A DNA stretch of 63,470 nt, filler included, from Pelomyxa schiedti (Eukaryota; Protista; Evosea): assembly GCA_020536535.1 (NCBI GenBank). It is 12 parts of 12 records of this genome, joined end to end, with 100 filler letters (N's around TTAATTAATTAA, not from the genome) between each part and the next. Parts side by side here need not be neighbours in the genome. Positions count along the whole stretch, not along the records: positions 21,998 to 26,745 come from JAHLWZ010001557.1; positions 26,846 to 28,098 come from JAHLWZ010002650.1; positions 28,199 to 29,470 come from JAHLWZ010002633.1; positions 29,571 to 41,910 come from JAHLWZ010000716.1; 8 more parts are not named here. One strand, given 5' to 3'. The position numbers and the translations under genes are program-made. The notes under the pieces were generated by a model. The model was not told where the DNA came from, searched no databases, and saw only the letters and a program-made list of their open reading frames with translations. This document shows positions 24,000-35,964 of this stretch, piece by piece (position 1 is the stretch's first letter; each line of letters begins with the position of its first letter).

Positions 24000-26745
24000 A
24001 CAGAGGCCATCCAGCTACCGCCCTATAGGCCAACTCAAGCTTTTATTAAGCTGGGAAACCCCCACAAATACCATTGATTTTCTAACTGGCTTTTAGAAAA
24101 AGAAAAAATTTAGCCAACAGAATCAGTCTATTGGTGCTGTGGTGCTGGGTGGTGCCCCAGAATGGCACTTCAGGGTGGTGGGAGGTTGTACAGTGTTCTG
24201 GTTATTCTTTGTGCTGGAATGACACCCAAGACCTAAAAACAAGTGAGTCATTGGGCACAAAACCTGATGTACCTTCACATGTCTAGCTTGGGAGTCACAC
24301 CCAAGCAATGCCAGTACCAGGCAAACATCATTGTGAGAGATATTCGTTTTTGACCCATATTATATCATACTCCAAATCATTGGAGTTCCTGTGCAGAGCC
24401 AGCACTTTAATGTTCTCCACACCTTTTTGTGATTTGTTTCATAATTTAAAAGGGGTGGAGGGGGTACTTGTTCACAGGGGTTTAACCCCGGACTGTAAGC
24501 TGGTAGATAAATGACAGTGATACTATGATCTCAGTAAAACTGTTCCCTCTCTGCGTGAGAGTCTTTTGTGGAATGTATTCTTGCATTGTCTAAAATAAGA
24601 ATGTCACCTAATACATGAGCAATAAATAAAAAAACAACCAAGAACTGTTTTACAAAGCATTCACCTGATAAAAGTAGTACAGAGCATCCAAAAAAAAATA
24701 TTGATTGTTAATCTCCTCAGTGATTAATAGGAGGTCTCTGGGAATCAATATTTGTCAGTCCAGTAACTTTTAATGTTTCTGATATTGAGGTTTGTTACTA
24801 CAATAGATTTACAACTTGATGTAAACACACTAGTGTGAGCTATTAAGCTGGTTAGCAAGACCTAAAATTCATGTTCTTCTACAATCTGCTGAATCAAAGC
24901 TGGCTTCATCTAAGTCATGTGAAATAAAATAGAAGAAGAAAGTTCACACACCCAAGAAGTGGAGCTTTTGCCATGACAGATACTGAACACCAACTAGATA
25001 TAATCTTCTATTTTCCAAGTTAAAACGAGGAGGAGATAGTATGAGAACCATAGTGAAGCAGATTAGGAATAGTAAACTTAGCACTGAATGGTTGGCAATG
25101 ATTGTTCTTTCCTTTGTGGGGTATGTTCCAATTTCGTACTCCTGTCTACTCACTGATATTATTGTTGCTGGTGACTCTCCTGATAGTCCCAATTTCGTTT
25201 ACAATGGACCTAGTATCCTCAAATGACTTCTACTGATTCAGGGATTTGCCTTTTGCTGACTTTGCCTTGATTTTTGGTGATTTCTGTGGCGCCTGTCATT
25301 GCCCTGTAAGCCCAAACTCCTTTCTTGATCTTCCTTAATGTGTTGTAGGTGTGGGTAAATAGCTATCAGCCACGCTGAGCATGATTGTTGCTGGTGATAT
25401 ATTTTGATCCAGGGTCTTCTTGGTTCAATTCTTTTCCCTCATAGTGCAAGGCGTTATTACTTTGCCTGGCATACACAGGTATCTTAGCTTCTTTCCAGCT
25501 CACTTCTGACCCTTCTCAGAGAATTACTGCAGTGCCTCATCTGTGATTTCCAGCGCATTTTGTTGCATGCTTTCCTGTCAGGTTGGAGCCTCCACTGCCA
25601 TTGCGTTGCTTGAAGGTAAGTGCACCTTCCAGATTTCCAAAGTAATCATTCACGAAATAGATGCAGATACACTGCCTGCATGTCAGTTTCATCGCAGAGA
25701 TGCTTGAGTGCTGCAATATTTAGAGGCCTTCCCATGTGCCATAACTTTTTGATTGGAGTTTCCAGCGTGTCAAACAGCAGCTCTGTTCACTAAGATGCTG
25801 TGGTGCCAAGATTGAAGTTGCTTATTACCTCAAATTCGATGTAAAGGATGACTGGTTGCCTTGAAAACTCCTTCAGGTTCGTAGGCAATGAAACACACAA
25901 CATTCTGACTCACTTCCTTTAGATATGCCATAAGAGCTACTATTGATGATGGGATTAGAGTTTCCTGTGCTCGAAATGTAGTTTCTTGCTTGCCAAAAGC
26001 CTTGTGGTGTTGCCTAGCCATTCCTGGATAAGAACCTTATCCAATAGGAATCAACTCAATTCGTTTAAGGTTCTTTGTATAGCGCTCCTCCCCTTTGAAT
26101 AAACGCAAACTTGACCTGCCCTTAGTATGGTTCCACTTGCCATAGATGATTCCTCACATAGCACAGATCGCTGAGAGTGCTGTTGGAACTGATCTAAGTG
26201 GTAAGTGTGAATTTATTGCTAGTATGGTTTTTGAAGAAGTCCAGCTATGACTGGAGTGCGATTTCCCTTGGCTTGAAATGAAGTAGCCCAGTTCTGGTCT
26301 TTCCTGAGCTTCAATGTACATGTATAGAATTTCCACACTTGTAGGAATGCTTGCTGAGTGTTGTATGCATAATCTTCTCCATTTCCGCACTAATTCGGAG
26401 TAACTCACTGACTGTAGGTCCACCAAAATGCTCTCGCCAATTGCTGGGAGTTTCCTCAGTTGGTATTACACATTCCCCAATGTGTATCTCGTTTCTGTGA
26501 GGTGCTCCTGCTTCCTCCAGACTCCACAATGTCCGCTTCATCAAATAGAAGTCAGGTTTGGCTTGTTAATTACCTCCGCATAGTCTTCCTTACTCCTTTG
26601 CCAGAATCGGCCCTCCTGAAAAATTTTCCCCATGTGCGCATTGTGTCAGCTCCAGCGCACTCAATTCTATTCCTGCCAGGACTCTCTCTGCATGGTGTTG
26701 GTATTCATCTGCGTCAGGCATCAAAGAAGGTTGACTGTATTACTG
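24000..26745 (-). mobile_element. Heavily decayed element, possibly with a restriction-like endonuclease remnant
   Basis: Stop-riddled frames. Near 26380-26720 they read HHAERVL...KPDFYL...HIGECVIPTE...YSELVRKW, resembling the RLE PD-(D/E)xK region of non-LTR elements. Confidence 0.3.
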
Positions 26746-26845
26746 NNNNNNNNNNNNNNNNNNNNNNNNNNNNNNNNNNNNNNNNNNNNTTAATTAATTA
26801 ANNNNNNNNNNNNNNNNNNNNNNNNNNNNNNNNNNNNNNNNNNNN

Positions 26846-27692
26846 TGTGGCCCAGGTCATCCATGAACAGGAAGGGATGCCAGTATCCACAGTGCGAAGC
26901 CTCCGTCACGGTGACCAAGGATCCCCTTGAGAAGCTCTTTGCTAGGTCCACAGTCAAGAGCTTCAGTGAAGCTTGGTCAATGCACACCAGCACCGATGCC
27001 TCGTCACCATCCCCAATGACATCACGAGGCACAGTGTGCGAGAACACAACATCTGCTTGTCTAACATTTTTGAAGGCATCAATCAACACCCACGCCGCAC
27101 TGCCGCTTCCTGACACCATTGAATCGCAACCAGAGTACCTCGCATCGTCATTATTATTACCTCGGAGCTCAGGAGCTTCCTCCTCCTTGTTGTGCAAGTG
27201 AAGGTACAACCCTCTGGAGCACCGGGCCACTGCCCACTTGTGATTTCCCCACGCTTCTAGAGACAGTTCGCCCCCTGGGGGCTCCAGGACTCGTGTGAGC
27301 CAGCCCTGCGTCACGTCCGCAACCTGGAGCTGCAGGTCACGCAGGTTAAGGAACATCAGCTTTCCGCAGCCAAGCCAGCACATCACCGAGAGGTAGTGGA
27401 AGGGTCCTTCCCCGCCATCAGTCTCGTGGACCCTGACGACTCCCGCTGTGGGACCGATCGAGACAACGAAGGACGTGGGAGGCAACAGGCCGGCGCCGGA
27501 GCTGCCGGTGGAGGGCACGACGACGATGAAGCGCCTCACGGGGGTCAGGACCCAACGCTCACCGATGAGCCGAACAACGTCGTTTGTCAGACAAGCGCAC
27601 GCGCTTGTTGGGTTGTGCACTGCGAGACACACAACAAAAATTTGCTCCCGTGCATCAATCAAACGTTGGATGGTGGCGCGGCCGCCTTGCAT
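26846..27692 (-). CDS. Orphan family member, 3'-partial
   Basis: DAREQIF, LTNDVVRLIGERWV, NHKWAV and VDLAKSFSRGSL. Confidence 0.7.
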
Positions 27693-27837
27693 TTTGTTTT
27701 TTTGTGTGTGTGGTGGTGCTGACTTCCCGAAAAAAGAATCACAGTGTCGACACCCAATGGGCATTCAGTGACACGTGATGTTGTGATGTGTTCTCGAACA
27801 TCAAAAATCTGCTTTGAGTGAAACATATCATTACAGC

Positions 27838-28098
27838 ATGCAGAAGGGGAACATCGCAGTCGAACGGGTGCTTGACGCACGTGAGCAATTCCTGGCACTG
27901 TGCCCTCCAACACCCATAATCGCCTCCAGCGCGCCCCCTCGGCTCACAAGCGACGTCGTAAGGCTCATCGGTGAGAACTGGGTGCTCACTCCCGCTCGTC
28001 GTCTCATTGTTGCCAGTGAATCGCTTCCCCTGGTCGTCGTCTCCATCGGGCACACGCTGGGCATCATCGGCGCCGACGAGACCGACTTGGTGTGGACC
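27838..28098 (+). CDS. Orphan family member, N-terminal fragment
   Basis: DAREQFLAL, LTSDVVRLIGENWV and SIGHTLGII. Confidence 0.65.
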
Positions 28099-28198
28099 NN
28101 NNNNNNNNNNNNNNNNNNNNNNNNNNNNNNNNNNNNNNNNNNTTAATTAATTAANNNNNNNNNNNNNNNNNNNNNNNNNNNNNNNNNNNNNNNNNNNN

Positions 28199-29470
28199 AC
28201 CCCCTCTTCCTCATCAACAACAACAACAACGTTTGTGGCAGTGAAAGCACTTCACGAAATCATCAGATCAGAGTCAAACATCACACGATTTCAGCAGGAA
28301 GCTCTGGTGAGAGAGTTTCCCTCTATGACCCTGTCTTTGAAAACAAATTCATTCATCCACTCACCATCTCACCAACACACACGCCAGATTTCATCAAGCT
28401 TGAGGCATCCCAACATTGTGAGATGCCTTGGAACGTGCATTTGCGCGAGCACCGGGTCACTCTGGATCGTCTCTGAACTCATGGAAATGAGCCTCAGGCA
28501 GCTCCTCCGTCATGTTTGTTTTCCTCCTCCCACTTTGAAAAGATATGAACATTCGACAACGCAATCAGAAAGATTTGACATTCACAGAAGTTGTTGCAGT
28601 TTCTTCAGGAATTGCCAAAGGGATGACTGCACTTCACAGGTTTCAATTTCTGTTTTTTCTTTTGCTTGTCAAACACACAACATCAACTCTAATTTGTCCC
28701 AATAAAAATAAAATGATAAAACACAGGAGGAACTACATGCACCGGGACCTGAGCAGCAACAATGTCCTCTTGGATTCTCATGGAACTCCAAAAATAACTG
28801 ACTTTGGTACTTTACCCAACTGCGTGCATACACATAATCTCAACTCAAAACTCTGAAGGAGTATCGAGAGCCATTCAGGGTCAAACCTGCCGTGGGAATG
28901 TGCCACCTATGATTGGGAGTTTTTCAAAAGGGGCCGGAACGCCGATTTACTTGTCACCACAGATGCACACCGGGCACTACGGAATTCAAGGTATGTGGAT
29001 GGTGTTCATCCTGTTGATATCACTCAATATTAATTCCACACACACATATATATAATTCAAAAGGGGACATTTGGGAGTTTGCAGTCTTGTTGAGTGAACT
29101 TCTTCAACGCGAAGTTCCGTCGATACAAATGCCAAAGTCCGGTGCCCAAGTGACAGAATTTATGAGGGTCCAGAGGGCATCACTCTCACCCCCCGAAATT
29201 GCCGGTTTGTTGTCAATAAGAATACACAAGTGCTCTCTCTGACTCACACACATCACGCACAGAAGTGGACCGTCTTTGCAATGACGTTGGAGACATTCCA
29301 GTTGCTGAGTGCCTCGGCCGTAGGATCGCAATCATCTCCGCGTTGCGATCCGATCCCAAGATGAACAACAACAACGTGCACCGTGCATGTGTTGGTCTGT
29401 TCTCTCTCGTTGTTGAATCCTGCCTCTCGATCCTCGGTTCGTTTTTCTTTTCCCATTCCGTCCCTCACTT
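28199..29470 (+). CDS. TKL-like protein kinase fragment, multi-exon
   Basis: VAVKAL, HPNIVRCLG, YMHRDLSSNNVLL, KITDF/GVSR, GTPIYLSPQM and GDIWEFAVLL. Confidence 0.85.
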
Positions 29471-29570
29471 NNNNNNNNNNNNNNNNNNNNNNNNNNNNNN
29501 NNNNNNNNNNNNNNTTAATTAATTAANNNNNNNNNNNNNNNNNNNNNNNNNNNNNNNNNNNNNNNNNNNN

Positions 29571-30204
29571 CAGCACCTTCACCAAGTCGCCACTTCTCAT
29601 CTCACTTTGGTAATCACCCCCACCGCCCAGTGACAACAGTCCTGCTTCTTCTGGTGACGAATTTTCAACCTCCAACATCCCTGCCAAGCTGGTCACTGGG
29701 AATCGTGATCCACACACTGGGCACACCGCCGCCCATGACACTGACACCGCACCCCCGCCACTTGTTGTCATTGCTGCTGCTCTGGAATTGCTGTCAGTCA
29801 TGGGCACTTGTGCGTCAACTGCGGGCGTTGCACAGCCAACACCATCACGAGCCGCGGTGGTCACCGACGACGATGATGAAGGCGATGTGGTGACCGATGG
29901 CTCCGCTGTTGGCGTCGGCTGCTGTGTGTTGTTGGCGGCGGAGGCGGTTGGTGACACAGCTGCAATCGGGACAAGCTTGATGCATCCCAGGTTCACTCCG
30001 TGCAAGCACGGCAACAGCCTGTGTGGTGCATCGTGCGTGTGTATTATGTTGGTGAGGTACATTTGACAACACAATGCAACACAGACACACATACCTTGGG
30101 TCTGAATAAGGCATGGAGCAACATGGACATGTTGTCCTCCTGCCCCGATTGTTGTTGTTGCTTGTCACGCTTGTTGTTCCGCAACCTGTTGCTCCTGCGT
30201 CCAT
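29571..30204 (-). CDS. RING-finger (TRIM-like) protein N-terminus, partial; copy 1
   Basis: CPCCSMPYSDPR/LLPCLHGVNLGC, then a low-complexity insert, then CPVC. Confidence 0.6.
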
Positions 30205-30294
30205 TCTTCTTCAAACAAACCACACCACCACACGATTGGGATGGCCCGGTTGGTTTGGAACTTTTTGATTGATTTTAAAGGTTACGTGAAGAGG

Positions 30295-32171
30295 ATGATG
30301 ACGCAAGGTACGTTCAACCTGGTGGAATCGAGTTGTGGGTCATTCACCACGTGAGTGTCAATGTGCCACTGCGCTCCTCCCCTCTTTGCCTTATGTTGGT
30401 GTAAAAAAAAAACAACTACGAAGTACGAGGGATGCAGGGGCAGCGGAGCTCGTTATTGTTGGGACACAAGGAGGTGGATCACAGCCAGTTTTGAAGGCTG
30501 CAACTTGCCTGTTTTGGTGCGTTCCATGTTTGAAGAATTCACTCTCAATGGTTGCTGTTCTTTTCCCCCTTTTTTTCTCCCACTGAGAGGAAAAAAAAAA
30601 GACGGACCAACTTTTCTGGGTGTATTGAGGCCATCACCCCAGTACTTCAAGGAGTTTATATTGACACACGATTCTGTCATTCCAGCTTGTCCGCTATTGA
30701 GAATTCTGATAGATGTATGTTTGCATTCCCGCTCATTTGCCTACTAAAAAAGAAGTGTCATACTTCTTTTTTTTTCACCTTAGAAATGTAAAAACTTCCT
30801 GACTGCAGACCCTTCAAACAAAATACCAATGCTCAGGTTTGCCAGTGGGAAAAGTCAACCTAATCCCACATCCAGGTGTTGCATGTTTGTTAAAAATTGG
30901 TTGTCGATATGCCCTGAATCTTTGGTTCGAGGTGAGTCCGTTTCGTGACATTGTGTAATCTCACTCACTGCTTTCAAGTTGATTACTCCTTTCATTTGTT
31001 GCATCAACAATGGAAGAAATGTTCCATTCAAGTCTTGGCGTCACATTCACATCGACTTTCACACTGCTGTGTGCTCTCTTCTCTTCCAATGCACGTACTT
31101 GTTGATGTGGTGCTCTTCTCAAAACCGCGCCTTGAATCTCTTCTGCTGCTGAAAGATTTCATTGATACTATGCCTGAACAGACAAAGAGTGCACTTTCAG
31201 TGAGGTGAACAGGCACTCAAAAGCTCTCTCTCTCCGAATTCACGGTGAAAAAAGTTGCTCGAAATTGGTGATACCTCCCATCAGGGAACGCAATGAGATT
31301 ATGATACCACCGGGGATTCCTTCTCGAGCAGTATTTCCACTGTGTTCTGTGGATTCGTTTTGCGAACAACTGACACTGATGGAATCGAATTCAATGTCTT
31401 CAATTCAGGCTCCTGAATTTCTGTTGAAGAGGTGGGAAAACCAAACGCGGGATCTTGATGCGCCCAACATCACCAGGTGCATCAAGTGGTCTGACAGAGT
31501 TGTTCCTATCTTCATTCATGTGAATATTCTCTCACCTTGAATGACAGCTCTCCAATGCAGTTTTGGTGGAACTTCTATCAATGCACTCCCTTCAGGACAG
31601 AGTTGGTTTTCTGAGTTATATCCTTCAGGTCGCAGACCGGTTGCACAAGATAGGGAATTTCAGTTCCATAACTGCGATCTTAGCGGCAGTTCAACACAAA
31701 GCGGTTCAGAAATTGACTCGGACCTGGGGAGACCCCAATGTCACAATTAAACAACAACAATCCTCCTGATCTTACGTCCCAACAAGGTGAAACACTACTC
31801 TTTAGTTTTACCAAAATTAGAGTATGATGTGACCCACACTGCAGCTGCACATCGGTATTCTCACTATATCCCGTATATTGGCATGCACTGAACCGAGTTA
31901 ATGCGATTCTAATCCTCGAAAAGGGACTTACCTCACTGACCTGGGATACATCGATGAAGGAACGCCCACGACACTGCCAAATGGGCTGATCAACTGGGAG
32001 CATTATAAACTGGTTGCCATGGTGATAATGCACTTCCAGCAGTGGCAAGGATACCCAAGGTGCACATACGAACCAAACACAGACATTCAGTCCAGCATCA
32101 ACAAGTGGGTTTTCAGTCATCCACAAATCACACTCCCTCAGGCCCTTGCCATGTCCAGTGCTCGGGAATAA
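30295..32171 (+). CDS. RasGEF (REM + CDC25) paralog A, copy 1, with a 1-nt deletion near 30505
   Basis: FCEQLTLMES, IQAPEFL, APNITR, GNFSSITAILAAVQHKAVQKLTRTW, IPYI/GTYLTDL and GLINW. Confidence 0.75.
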
Positions 32172-32414
32172 TCGTAAAAAACCAAACCACCCTAGCACAA
32201 CCACAACACCCCATAACATCCAAACAGGTTCGACTTCTGTTTGGCAGACAAATATCCGTACTAGTCATTTGATTGCTCTAGGACCACCCAGCAAAAAAAA
32301 AGGAAATGAAAATAAGAAAGGTAACGGTGCTACACCAACCCTTCCGCAATTCGATTGCACCCATAATTCGTAGTGCCCGAAAAATAAGGACAGTTCCGGA
32401 ACTGTTGCTATCGG

Positions 32415-32512
32415 GGATTGGTGAGGTTGAGTGTGGCCGGATAAGTGGCCATTTGGTTGTCCCTAGGTTCTTCCTCACTGATTGGCCCAAGTTAACGTGT
32501 AGTCCTTTTTTT
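32415..32512 (+). ncRNA. Candidate ~90-nt structured RNA (duplicate of 35803-35898)
   Basis: ACCCATAA at 32359, a GUGAGG/CCUCAC closing stem and a downstream T-run. Confidence 0.4.
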
Positions 32513-32945
32513 TTGTTCTTATTTTTTTTTGTAACCGCTAGCCACTCATAGTCACGAGTGTTACACCAAGTGCAGGTGAAGATGATGATGACGTACAACC
32601 TGGTGGAATCGAGTTGTGAATCATTCACCACGTGAGTATGCCACTGCGCTCCTTACCCATCACTCATTTTGCGTGCGCCTAAAAAACACCCAAAAGTACG
32701 GGGGATGCAGGGGCAGCGGAGCTCGTTATTTTTGGGACACAAGGAGGTGGACTGGAGCCAGTTTTGAAGGCTGCAACTTTGCCCGTTTTGGTTCGCTCTC
32801 TATTTGAAGAATTCACTCTCAATGGTTGCTGGTCCTTCCCTACTCNNNNNNNNNNNNNNNNNNNNNNNNNNNNNNNNNNNNNNNNNNNNNNNNNNNNNNN
32901 NNNNNNNNNNNNNNNNNNNNNNNNNNNNNNNNNNNNNNNNNNNNN

Positions 32946-33594
32946 CAGCACCTTCACCAAGTCGCCACTTCTCATCTCACTTTGGTAATCACCCCCACCG
33001 CCCAGTGACAACAGTCCTGCTTCTTCTGGTGACGAATTTTCAACCTCCAACATCCCTGCCAAGCTGTTCACTGGGAATCGTGAGCCACACACTGGGCACA
33101 CCGCCGCCCATGACACTGACACCGCACCCCCGCCACTTGTTGTCATTGCTGCTGCTGCTCTGGGGTTGCTGTCAGTCATGGGCACTTGTGCGTCAACTGC
33201 GGCCGTTGCACAGCCAACACCATCACGAGCCGCGGTGGTCACCGACGACGACGACGATGATGATGAAGGCGATGTGGTGACCGATGGCTCCGCTGTTGGC
33301 GTCGGCTGCTGTGTGTTGTTGTTGTTGGCGGCGGAGGCGGTCGATGACACAGATGCAATTCGGACAAGCTTGATGCATCCCAGGTTCACTCCGTGCAAGC
33401 ACGGCAACAGCCTGTGTGGTGCATCGTGCGTGTGTGTTATGTTGGTGAGGTACATTTGACAACACAATGCAACACAGACACACATACCTTGGGTCTGAAT
33501 AAGGCATGGAGCAACATGGACATGTTGTCCTCCTGCCCCGATTGTTGTTGCTTGTCACGCTTGTTGTTCCACAACCTGTTGCTCCTGCGTCCAT
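32946..33594 (-). CDS. RING-finger protein N-terminus, partial; copy 2
   Basis: Near-identical to 29571-30204. Confidence 0.6.
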
Positions 33595-33682
33595 TCTTCT
33601 TCAAACAAACCACACCACCATGATTGGGATGGCCCGGCTGGTTTGTAACTTTTTGATTGATTTGAAAGGTTACGTGAAGAGG

Positions 33683-35558
33683 ATGACGCAAGGTACGTTC
33701 AACCTGGTGGAATCGAGTTGTGGGTCATTCACCACGTGAGTGTCAATGTGCCACTGCGCTCCTCCCCTCTTTGCCTTACGTTGGTGTAAAAAAAAAAACA
33801 ACTACGAAGTACGAGGGATGCAGGGGCAGCGGAGCTCGTTATTTTTGGGACACAAGGAGGTGGATCACAGCCAGTTTTGAAGGCTGCAACTTTGCCCGTT
33901 TTGGTGCGTTCCATGTTTGAAGAATTCACTCTCAATGGTTGCTGTTCTTTTCCCCCTTTTTTCTCCCACTGAGAGGAAAAAAAAAAAGACGGACCAACTT
34001 TTCTGGGTGTATTGAGGCCATCACCCCAGTACTTCAAGGAGTTTATATTGACACACGATTCTGTCATTCCAGCTTGTCCGCTATTGAGAATTCTGATAGA
34101 TGTATGTTTGCATTCCCGCTCATTTGCCTACTAAAAAAGAAGTGTCATACTTCTTTTTTTTTCACCTTAGAAATGTAAAAACTTCCTGACTGCAGACCCT
34201 TCAAACAAAATACCAATGCTCAGGTTTGCCAGTGGGAAAAGTCAACCTAATCCCACATCCAGGTGTTGCATGTTTGTTAAAAATTGGTTGTCGATATGCC
34301 CTGAATCTTTGGTTCGAGGTGAGTCCGTTTCGTGACATTGTGTAATCTCACTCACTGCTTTCAAGTTGATTACTCCTTTCATTTGTTGCATCAACAATGG
34401 AAGAAATGTTCCATTCAAGTCTTGGCGTCACATTCACATCGACTTTCACACTGCTGTGTGCTCTCTTCTCTTCCAATGCACGTACTTGTTGATGTGGTGC
34501 TCTTCTCAAAACCGCGCCTTGAATCTCTTCTGCTGCTGAAAGATTTCATTGATACTATGCCTGAACAGACAAAGAGTGCACTTTCAGTGAGGTGAACAGG
34601 CACTCAAAAGCTCTCTCTCTCCGAATTCACGGTGAAAAAAGTTGCTCGAAATTGGTGATACCTCCCATCAGGGAACGCAATGAGATTATGATACCACCGG
34701 GGATTCCTTCTCGAGCAGTATTTCCACTGTGTTCTGTGGATTCGTTTTGCGAACAACTGACACTGATGGAATCGAATTCAATGTCTTCAATTCAGGCTCC
34801 TGAATTTCTGTTGAAGAGGTGGGAAAACCAAACGCGGGATCTTGATGCGCCCAACATCACCAGGTGCATCAAGTGGTCTGACAGAGTTGTTCCTATCTTC
34901 ATTCATGTGAATATTCTCTCACCTTGAATGACAGCTCTCCAATGCAGTTTTGGTGGAACTTCTATCAATGCACTCCCTTCAGGACAGAGTTGGTTTTCTG
35001 AGTTATATCCTTCAGGTCGCAGACCGGTTGCACAAGATAGGGAATTTCAGTTCCATAACTGCGATCTTAGCGGCAGTTCAACACAAAGCGGTTCAGAAAT
35101 TGACTCGGACCTGGGGAGACCCCAATGTCACAATTAAACAACAACAATCCTCCTGATCTTACGTCCCAACAAGGTGAAACACTACTCTTTAGTTTTACCA
35201 AAATTAGAGTATGATGTGACCCACACTGCAGCTGCACATCGGTATTCTCACTATATCCCGTATATTGGCATGCACTGAACCGAGTTAATGCGATTCTAAT
35301 CCTCGAAAAGGGACTTACCTCACTGACCTGGGATACATCGATGAAGGAACGCCCACGACACTGCCAAATGGGCTGATCAACTGGGAGCATTATAAACTGG
35401 TTGCCATGGTGATAATGCACTTCCAGCAGTGGCAAGGATACCCAAGGTGCACATACGAACCAAACACAGACATTCAGTCCAGCATCAACAAGTGGGTTTT
35501 CAGTCATCCACAAATCACACTCCCTCAGGCCCTTGCCATGTCCAGTGCTCGGGAATAA
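33683..35558 (+). CDS. RasGEF paralog A, copy 2 (frame intact at the REM motif)
   Basis: VLKAATLPVLVRSMFEEF plus the same CDC25 motifs as copy 1. Confidence 0.8.
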
Positions 35559-35802
35559 TCGTAAAAAACCAAACCACCCTAACACAACCACAACACCCAT
35601 AACATCCAAACAGGTTCGACTTCTGTTTGGCAGACAAATATCCGTACTAGTCATTTGATTGCACAAGGACCACCCAGCAAAAAAAAAGGAAATGAAAATA
35701 AGAAAGGTAATGAATGGTGCTACACCCACCCTTCCGCAATTCAATTGCACCCATAATTCGTAGTTGCCGAAAAATAAGGACAGTTCCGGAACTGTTGCTA
35801 TC

Positions 35803-35898
35803 GGGGATTAGTGAGGTTGAGTGTGGCCGGATAAGTGGCCATTTGGTTGTCCCTAGGTTCTTCCTCACTGATTGGCCCAAGTTAACTCCTTTTTTTTG
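35803..35898 (+). ncRNA. Candidate ~90-nt structured RNA between the RasGEF paralogs
   Basis: ACCCATAA at 35749, closing stem AUUAGUGAGG/CCUCACUGAU, inner UGGCC/GGCCA hairpin and a terminal T-run. Confidence 0.45.
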
Positions 35899-35964
35899 TT
35901 CTTATTTTTTTTTGTAACCGCTAGCCACTAATAGTCACGAGTGTTACACCAAGTGCAGGTGAAG

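Noticed and set aside
35605-35630. tRNA gene suggested by a GGTTCGAC T-loop
   Set aside because: No acceptor, D or anticodon arms can be built around it.
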